A stretch of DNA of 57,852 nt, filler included, from Catajapyx aquilonaris (taxonomy: Eukaryota), in the NCBI GenBank assembly GCA_000934665.2. It is 2 parts of 2 records of this genome, joined end to end, with 100 filler letters (N's around TTAATTAATTAA, not from the genome) between each part and the next. Parts side by side here need not be neighbours in the genome. Positions count along the whole stretch, not along the records: positions 28,980 to 57,852 come from KZ539233.1; 1 more part is not named here. One strand, written 5' to 3'. A program made the translations under genes and the position numbers. Numbering within the stretch: the stretch's first letter is position 1; each line of letters starts with the position of its first letter. Shown one piece after another: positions 49,081 to 57,852 of this stretch. The notes beneath the pieces were generated by a model that saw only the letters and a list, made by a program, of their open reading frames with translations, searched no databases and had not been told where the DNA came from.

Positions 49081-49799
49081 CAAGTAACTTACTGGAACAA
49101 TAACCAAATATTTAGGTTGGCTACACAGATATAAAAATGTAAATCATTAGTTAGTTAACTGGATAGGTTGAGAGGGAGGTGGTGTTATGTAATGGCCAAT
49201 TACAGTGAAGTTGATTCCTACCGGGGTACTGTATGACTTAGTCTGAGACGTCATTTCGAGGGGTGCCCAACTTCGTTAATTTGGCCAAATTGAGTCGGGC
49301 GGGATCTGACGCCCACTTGTATCTACTTATGTGGTGGAAGAAGCAGGTTTGGTGAGTATACAGTGTAGGCAGCAGTGGTGGGATTTCAGTTAAATCACTC
49401 AACTTTATATATACTACATTTTAAATGATCAATATAAGTTACTAGATGTCCAAATATTTCAGACCAGAACGTACGCGTGCAAGAGGAAAAAAAACAGTTT
49501 CGAGATTTGACCTTCCACTTTCTTACATTCTAGTGAAGACAGCAAATCTGGCTTGCTGGCTCATTATGAGTCTTTAGGACTTCACAAACGTTTAAGCATG
49601 AAATATTCGTTACTTTAAAAACGCCACAATTGGACTTAGTGGGATTTTTATTTTATTCCCACAATATGTAAATACAAATGTCAGTAGGCCTACTTGAGTC
49701 AAGTGCTATTCGTCTGTCCATTTTTTTACACATACAGTGTAAAACTTGTCAGATAGGAAAGGTGTACAAAGGAATGCATGAACCGTGCTAATATACCTG

Positions 49800-51420
49800 C
49801 CGGGACCATGGTTGGGACCAGTTGGGACATGGCTGTAGTATCATACGACAACGTAAGAGAAATGTGTTGGAAATGCAGCACGTCCGATTCTGTTTCCGTT
49901 TCACGGTTGTGTCAGCACCATTTTCAACCGGGGGTAAAAAGCCGCTGGCAAATGCAAACATTTCGGTGCTCATTTGACACGTTATCGCATTTGCCAGATT
50001 TTATCCGGCCGGTTTCAGCCCAACTCAAGTCATATGAAAGCAGGGGATTTCCAGTCAAATTGCAAGAAATCGACAATGAAACAGTTGACAGGTCTCCAAA
50101 ACAAAATAAACCCCGGAACAACGCACCGACAAATTGCGCACAATTCCACAACAAACACGAATAATCCGATAGCATTTTGCATAGGAGGAGCCTGTCACCG
50201 CATTTACAGCGAATAAAATGCTTTTTTTGAAAAATTCTCACGCCACCCGGATTTTGATGTACTGTCAAACCAACCATAGCAAAACAGCAGAAAATTCAAA
50301 AATTCAAGTTTTACACGCCAATATGGTTTCAGGAAGCACACGGCAGACTGACGTTAATATATGCTTTAAAGGCGGTCAACTCCCGTGGACATGAAGGGAC
50401 TCATTTGCATTATTAAGTGATCACCACCTCGTGGCAAGCAAATGATCCTCTCCGTCATATATAAACTAACGCAAGAGTGATGACATCGTCTTTCTTGTCG
50501 TGTGCAGCGGCTGCGTATGAGATACCATCTGTTCATAACTGTCAAAAGACTTCCGCGAAGAGTATGAATTATTCACCTTCAAGGCTCTATATAGCAATGT
50601 TTTCATACAAACCACTGTCCCATGCGAAGGTTGCCGCAATCGCTGAGTTGGTCAATAAGAAGTGCACGGAATATGCCTATCAAAAAACACTCTTACATGG
50701 TAGGCCTACTCACGAAACACCAGACAAATCTCCGTCTACGTGGGAAAGAACCACTGCTTGAAGCGATACCGCAGGACTGGCTCAAAGACCGCCGGAGGTC
50801 CTCTTCAAGCAAGTGGAGGGCTCCAACATATTTGACCAAATTGCCAGATCTTGTTCAGCCCATAATATTCCTGCAAGACACGATCGATGGTGCAACTTTT
50901 TCGACCCTTGAGGCACAGTCCAATTAATTTTCCAACGCCAACTGCTCTCTATCCCGACCACCCCACGTCATAATGGCTGGTTCCCCCAAGCCTGTACAGT
51001 CACAACGGCTTTAACCAGTCCCCCGCTTGACTTCATTTCTATTGACAGCTGGATTCGCACGTACAGATCCGGATGATGTTCGAAAAAACACGAGTCAGGG
51101 GTGTACTTTCTGTGTGAACATTTGCCATCTGATGAGAGCCACGCTCTATATCAGCATGAAATGTGCCCATTGCATGCTTCCGGTGCAGTTGACATCAGCT
51201 GTCATTCCTCACACCATACTGCCCTGTGTGCACTTTCCCAAATGCGTAAGTGCACGGTCCAACCTCCCAAAAAAATTTAATCATCATCATCAAATCCGGC
51301 TCTATGCTCATTCTCATACCTATTATTCTAGCATGGTCCGCTGCTATTTTGTATGCATGTCGCTGAAATTGTACATTCCCCAACCGTTTGCACCCGACTC
51401 TGCAGCATCCAGACAATTTG
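49800..51420 (-). pseudogene. Several cadherin-repeat remnant blocks
   Basis: QFQRHAY; GTFHADIERG; IN/DCASR; EQDLAI; LRYRF; HVDGDLSGV; FAWDSG; AAAHDKKD; LTVHQNPGGV; SISCNLTGNPLLSYDLSWAETGRI...NEH. Confidence 0.7.
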
Positions 51421-52140
51421 TAGCAATATCTTGCTCCTAATCCAGATTGATATCTACAAAGTCTACAATCAAGTTAAGGAACGGCGCAAGTGTAACGGAT
51501 GGATGGACAGACAGACACCTTGAAGGCGCAGTACCGCCAACTTCTTTAATGGGTTCGGGGCCTTTCAAGGAGCGGAAATCAAACCAGCGTGCCTTATTGC
51601 ATGTTAATTAGCAGCTGCGTAATGCGGAAAGAGCTCCAATCTGGGCTGTAAGGGCAAAAACAGGGAATGTTCGCTTGATAGATTCAGGAAGTCTTGGCTG
51701 CTTCCTTGGCTTTTTCTCTACACAACCAACCCTCCCCAATCTTTTTGAAGCCAATCAGGCGAAACAATTAATTGCAGCCTTTCGCATCTACGATCCTTCT
51801 TATTGCCAATTTCGTTTGATATTTCGATGGAATTGCCCAGATTTAGATGTCGTCTGAGTGGTACGCACGACCGGTCGCTGTTCATTAGTGAGGGTGTGAT
51901 CAAACAAACTCTCAGCTCTGAAATATCCGAAATTTCTTTCAAATCCCAATTATTATATTTACTGTTCACTAACGAAGTACACGTCAATTATTCGCATTGC
52001 TCGTTCCGGTGAATATTCAGATATTTAGACTTTTTCGAAGAAAAAAGTCTTATATAGAACGGCTCTGTCTGTGGACAGGTATCAGACAGAGCCGTGCTAT
52101 AAGACTTTTTCAATTTTAGGGTTCCGGGTTCACTCTATCC

Positions 52141-52274
52141 GCCCCTTCCCCCTGGCTGCCCCCTCCCTCCACCACCCCTTTCCCCCACCACCCCCTACCC
52201 CTGACCGTCCCTTTCCCCCTGACCTCCCAGTCCGTCCACCTCCCCCTTCCCCAGATCACCCTTTCCCCACTCCC
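52141..52274. repeat. C-rich low-complexity tract (G-quadruplex-prone on minus strand)
   Basis: Many C3-C5 runs in 134 bp. Confidence 0.8.
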
Positions 52275-52429
52275 TGGAACAATAGCAGTAAACATGAAAA
52301 ACAGAAAAGGTCTACTCTAATCACGCTCCCGTGATTTGCCAATCTTTTATATAGTAATCAGGACCATGTCTGTGTATACGTCTGTGGATACAATCCCAAA
52401 AATAGATACGATCCGCATAACCTTGGTTA

Positions 52430-52565
52430 CCAGTAAATGATTCGACGTCGGGTTAATATACACTTCCGGTAGCCATCACCACAGGCTTGCAAGCAGGCCG
52501 CAGATTCGAAACCTCTGCCTCCAGCATCAGAATGCACCACAGGTGTGCCACTGTTGCCAACCACC
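52430..52565 (-). mobile_element. Decayed tRNA-derived SINE head
   Basis: Minus strand TGGCAACAGTGG (A-box-like) ... GGTTTCGAATC (B-box-like). Confidence 0.35.
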
Positions 52566-54289
52566 CAATTCTGTTGGAAATGTTGCACCACCGTCTGAGA
52601 CTCCCAGCAAGAAAGGGGGCTAGTATGTCTGAAAAGCTCGGAAATGAAGTCCCCGCCTGTTTTCCTGGCTATCAATCATAGAAGCCGCAGAGTCGGCAAG
52701 ACAAATGGGCACCCAGAGCCTGTACCATACACACACACACTTACGAGTAATGTGAAAGTATAAAAGGCAGCCAAGGAAACCCTCTAATGAATTGCCAAAT
52801 GAAGCGTCAAACCTCTCCCGCAATAATTTCTCTAGAAGATGATGCAGGATGACAGCTTTTCTTCGTCGCGCCTCGCTAGCTCCCTAAAGAAAACTCTCCC
52901 AGAAACCTGTGACGTGCGGATGACATGAGAGCCTGTCTCTGGAAATCTCCACCATGTTGCTGCACAAAGAATGTGTGAATAACCTTCGTATGTGCGGGTC
53001 CGTCCAGACGATAGCTGGCCGAAAGGTCAATCTTTTTCGGCGCTGTACGGGGTCTCTGGGTTTTTTCAGAGAGAAGGTAAATAAACTACGAGGGGAAATG
53101 ACTCACGTCACTGACTGACGGAATCTGCTGCCGAAGGATGACCATAGTTGCAAATAGATTTCAAGTACATGTTTGCAATGGAGGCCTAAGAATGGCGTGG
53201 GTTAGCTGGATACGTGCAGATTACCAGCAAAGTGTTTTTTTTTCCTTTATAGTGGGGAATGTTATTCATTTATGTTATAAACTGCACACCAGCATAATTG
53301 AAGTTCAGAGTTCATTATTAATATTCAAAAAGATGATAGTTCAAATACTGTACACTTTATACCCAAGAGCCTCTTAGATATGGCACAGGTACTGCACGCT
53401 CGACTGGTAGCTGTTCATTAGTGTGAGAGACAAACACTCATCTCCGAAATATCTTTGTTTTCTTACCAAGGCCAATAATAGGTACTGAAATGGTATGTCT
53501 TATTATATTTACTTCCAATCTTACGCTCACTAATGTAAAACAAGGCAATTATTTGTGTATTACCTCATTCGAGTGAAAAACATGTTTCTTATACAGTATT
53601 TTAAGCTTAACAACCACTTCGGGATCGAAGTTGTTCCGTCTTTGGAGCTCACCTGCACCAAAGTAATCTGGCGTCTGTGTTACAGTCCCAAAAATAAATT
53701 ATATAGTAGCCTAGTTCTCATTTTTGACACTTGGAAGTTTGTGTTGAAGAAACGCTTTGTTTTCTACTCTTCAGAGATGTGATCGACCATAATTTTATAC
53801 GAGAGTTCAAGCCGGGAGGTTATACACAGCCCTAATGCAATAAACCGAATGCTAACCGATCACAGTTTTAAAAAATGATTATTTTCAAAAATAATGATGT
53901 ACTGCATAAGGCAAGAATAAGGACCTTGCTGGCCAGTATACTTCTTTCAATTGCCTGTTTTCATTCTGACCATTTTGTTTGAATCAGCTCAGAGGCACAT
54001 AACTGTTTGTGAATGTGCCCGACATTTTTTGTGACAACTAATAAATTGCGAAGGTGACACGTTACTTCAGTGATGAACAGTTTCGTCATAACAGTCTAAT
54101 GTAAGCTTAACTCTATAAACACAAGTGTAGGCGAACCCTTACATTACATTAATTGCAGCTTAGAGTAGTGTATTATGCTGTATGTTAGTTGCAATTGACC
54201 GTCCTGTAGAGCCCTAAAATAATTGTTCATTTACGCGCAGTTGACCATTCGCAAACAATTCATCTTCTAGTTTAAAAAACCTCCACATC

Positions 54290-57200
54290 CATAGAGTATA
54301 GTTATCAGAAGAGTTTACCGTATTTGTCTCCCAGTTATGCCTACAGGTCATAACAAGCCTACCGTCTTCATTGCACTATCGACGTTTTCACTTACTGACG
54401 TCAACTATGACGCTTTTCTCCGGCAGCACCGCTACGCTGGGCGTTTGTAGGCCTACAAACGGTACGAAATGGCGATAATTTTCTTCTTCGCGCACCCCAG
54501 CTGCTTCGTACGGTTAGTCTGGTTGCGAAGAAATGTTGCCCACACTGTAATTGCAAAACGAGGCCAATGGCCCTATTCGGCGCAAAGATTCATAAAGCAA
54601 GTGATTATGCTAGTTCCGGTGCATGCTAACTGCAGAAAATCATGCCACGCTACGACTCCAGCTCTCAACTTGCAAAGCAATCTTTCTGCACACATTACCA
54701 CCACCCACGTCTCTCCTTTGGGCGCATGCAAGGTAGCTCATAGTAGTCTTACAGGGTCTTTCAGAAGTTGGCACATCGGGTTTTAGAATGTTCTTTTTAT
54801 CTTACTGAAGGGAAACAACAAAGGGGGTATGAAAACAAAAGTCAGGTACATATATTATCGAGTATGTGAGATCGATATTTTACTCTTTCTAAGTATGGAA
54901 GACTACGGTGCAGTGTGGATTATGCAAGAACTAATCAAAGTGATTGATGGAATGGCTATCGCGTAGTACATATATATCTCTTGCACAAAGTACGATTGAT
55001 ACATGAGAATATATTGTAATTGTACAAAGGGGTTCAAGCAAGGGCATTCTGAGACGCGCTGTTGTACAGTTACATTTATTCTTGTCACTAAACACGCAAA
55101 TGTCAAATATAAGATCAATTGCGAACAATGCACTGCTACCCCAGAAATGTCAGCAAGAAGTATCCAACTGCTCCACGTTTCTAGGATGCTCAGATTGCTA
55201 GGATGGTCAATGACGTAAAGTGACCTCGGAGGGAGGTGGACACTCGAGACCCTTGCGGTGTCAAAGCACCATAGAAACATGCCCGGCACTAGTTCCAGGT
55301 AGTGAGAGCGGGTCAACGGTCGCGCAGTTGTGCTAATTTGTCTGATTGTGCGATTTTCCACGGGCTACGTTGCGAGGGGTGCACCCCTGGCCACCCCGGG
55401 GCGGGTGGGTGTGAGGCACGGGGTTCCGCGCTGGACCACGGTCTGTATAATCCTACGCTACAGCATGGGTACTACTCCAGCCCGTTCTTTGGACCCCATA
55501 TAAACGAGGGTCGATTCTAGCCGTAGGCCAATTTTTGTCCATTTCGGCCCAGCCGTACGTTCGCAGCAGAGCACCCAAAAAAACTATCCCTAACTTCTGT
55601 TGTTCAGTTTAGTTGCAAAAGAGAATGGATTTCGCCCTCCGTGACCCAACAACCTTAGACCTGCGTGATGACCAGTTAAAAATAAATTATCTGACTAGAT
55701 AGTTTCGACCAACCACTTGCTCTCCTGTTAAAACCCTGCATTCTAGATACCCAGTGGGAATAATAACATGAGCAGTGCTGAAGTCAGTGACGTCATACGG
55801 TTTCATTTATGTTCGCCAGTTCTTAAAATACAACTATATAGGCTGTTATGTTTTGCTTAACGGCACCTTATTCTTGATTATAGTTTGGGCAGGACAAAAT
55901 AAACCTAACAAATTACATGATGAAAGAATTGGTTGATTAGCATTAAACGCACAACTTGATTTCATTGTGTAGGAAAATTTTCACAATGGAAAGAACTTGA
56001 GTGAAGTTTTAGACAAAACGGCACCTGCTCTCAGATACAGCTCGAGGCATAAACTTCTAACATGCGCAGGTTAGCGTCAGTTCTGAAAATAGAACGGATG
56101 TTCTCGCGTATACTGCCTGACATACAGTGGGCTTAGAAATTATTTATACTGAACCTAGATAATAATTTGAGTTTTGTGCATGTAACAGTTTTAAGTGTTC
56201 CGTCCACATAAAGTTCAAGTGTTTATGTCCTAATAGGTGAAGTAGTAATATTCTATTACATTAGGCCACAGCCGCCTCCTTCCTTTCCTATCCTATCCCA
56301 AAAAGCGCAGTAAAAACGAAACGAAGAGTTCCATAAGTCAAAAAAAAATCCCCCCCTAAAGAGCCGCCGGCTGATAACGGGGTATGAATTATTAAATATT
56401 ATATTACATTATGAAAAAAAGCTCATGACAGTGACCTTTCCTCCATGGTTCACATATCGTAACAAAGTTGTTCGATACTAAAAAGTGACATGTCCGCATG
56501 AAATACCTTTCTTCATAAATATGCACGCAGAAGAAAAACAACAATTTGATTTTTAAAGTAAATCTTATTCGGACACCCCTATCAAAGCAATAAATTACAT
56601 GAATCTCAAACATCCCTATAATATTGCAGCCTGTAATTTCCTTGTTATAAGACATTCAGTATAATAATAGATCATAAATTATGTATGCCACAAGATCACT
56701 GAAACAGACGTTAGACTTTGCAAATGTAATAGACATCTGATTCTGAGAGAAACAACGATAATTATGTTCAATGCGATCGCCACAATAATATACTACGGGT
56801 TTATTTTGCACGTCAGAAGTGATATTATCCACCAGAAACCATCGGTCCACTGCCCCACTATTTGCCACAATTATGTACCAAAATGAGGGCAGAAGAGCCT
56901 GCAGCCTTGGCCACGAGTATAATATTTATTTCGCAGTAATGTAAGCACATTCTTCACGAGTGTCAATGTAACATTTTATTTAGAGTAGAAAAAGGATACA
57001 CAGTACATGGTGTAAAAATAGGCTAAACAGCAGTTCTTAGCTATACTGACAGACTTTCCAAGTTTCACTCTTCCATAATCACGTCTGTCACAAGGATAGG
57101 TACTGAGGTCTCTTATCATTATTTTCTCTTATACGGTAATTCTTCATCATTAATGTCATTTAAAAAGCAATGATAAACATCCAGGCAGGTGTAGCCATTT

Positions 57201-57760
57201 AAATAACACTTCTATTGAGTGAAACCTTCATACGGGTCTCTTGAATAATTAACAATGTGGGCATAAAAGTTACTACCCTCGGGTCAGCTATTTACGTGGA
57301 ATTATAAAATGCCTATTTTAGTACCCATTCTGTCGATGCCGTTTTTATCCGTATGTTTCAGTGCCTATAACTGAAGTCTCTCGAGAATTGCAAAACCGCA
57401 GGGCCCATCCCTGATTATGCCTTGCTGGAAAGCAGGTTATACAATACTGAAAGGCTTTTAGCAAACACGCGCAATGTACAAGTCAAGCAGACGAGGGAAT
57501 AATTTAGTCTGTTGTTGCACACAACGACCTGCCAAATACACTCCCTAAATGTACTCTGAGGTTGGCACCCGACCACTACTTGTTGCTAAACTCCTTGCTC
57601 TTGAATAACAAAAACTTGTCCATTAAGGCCATGAAGATGGTCAATAACTTCAAGTCCACTGGCACACCCGACACACCTCGACCTATCGGAATTAACAGCC
57701 CAATACCTCATAATGTCAATTGATTATGTCAGGCGGTCGTTGTCAGTGCGTGTTTGTGTC
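54290..57760 (-). pseudogene. Several cadherin-repeat remnant blocks (most N-terminal in the window)
   Basis: LEVIDHLHGLNGQV (57654-57613); YNL...KA*SG...QFS; GAVDRWFLVDNITSDV (~56830); QISTTARPL..HYLELVP (~55300); FAITVWAT; TSVSENVD (~54385). Confidence 0.65.
56270..56405 (+). mobile_element. 5'-truncated SINE/LINE 3' tail
   Basis: CCCCTAAAGAGCC...GGCTGATAACGGGGTAT plus AT-rich tail resembles the SINE tails at 4780-4818 and 4900-4937. Confidence 0.5.
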
Positions 57761-57823
57761 CATCATGGTACAGATGGCGCAGAGTCTCAGCGACGTCAGC
57801 GACGTCTGTCTCACTGCTGTTAC

Positions 57824-57852
57824 CAGCGCCGGATTTACCCCCCCGGCCGCCC
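57824..57852. mobile_element. Probable start of a hAT-type MITE cut by the window edge
   Basis: CAGCGCCGGATTTA resembles the CAGTGGCGGATCTA terminus at 9735. Confidence 0.35.

Larger units (their letters stand above)
28980..57760 (-). pseudogene. Heavily decayed multi-exon giant cadherin (Fat-like) gene remnant
   Basis: Cadherin-repeat motifs (DxNDxxPxF, VxEN, AxDxD, YxIxxGN, FxIDxxTGxI, LDxE, AxDxGxP) recur on the minus strand in more than 20 blocks from ~57650 to ~29050, all with stops or frameshifts. Confidence 0.75.

Noticed and set aside
49763..50010. Plus-strand C-x3-C-x44-C-x2-H-F pattern resembling a THAP domain
   Set aside because: No start codon before the first Cys; the minus strand here carries cadherin motifs continuous with neighbouring blocks, so it is probably coincidental
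50480..51020. VPQGS and KYV words suggesting a CR1 reverse transcriptase
   Set aside because: No YxDD motif; the same strand gives a fuller ordered set of cadherin motifs
51129..51150. CTGATGA plus hairpin as a hammerhead ribozyme
   Set aside because: GAAA does not follow the stem
55120..55520. Laminin-EGF-like GLRCEGCTPG (plus) and APE-endonuclease-like SVHLPP...ILLAD (minus)
   Set aside because: Incomplete cysteine pattern and catalytic motif; position is consistent with the cadherin remnant

Overview
Animal (most likely arthropod) genomic DNA made of two pieces joined by an artificial 100-bp spacer (44 N + TTAATTAATTAA + 44 N at 28880-28979). The left piece is gene- and transposon-rich. 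It holds (i) three paralogous ankyrin-repeat exons on the minus strand, with splice junctions in phase 0, which read best as one gene built by tandem exon duplication; (ii) a putative three-exon minus-strand gene of unknown family with a 30-bp Ser/Thr/Asp tandem repeat; (iii) three intact, intronless divergent ionotropic receptor (IR, variant iGluR) genes; (iv) a disabled PIWI-domain C-terminal fragment; and (v) many MITEs (Tc1/mariner-, pogo-, hAT- and piggyBac-like), tRNA-derived SINEs and microsatellites. The right piece (28980-57852) has no intact gene. Manual minus-strand translation shows cadherin-repeat motifs recurring in more than 20 blocks along its whole length, all broken by stops and frameshifts. 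I interpret this as the fossil of a giant Fat-like cadherin gene that the ORF track hides. All family assignments come from motif recognition by eye; no database search was run.
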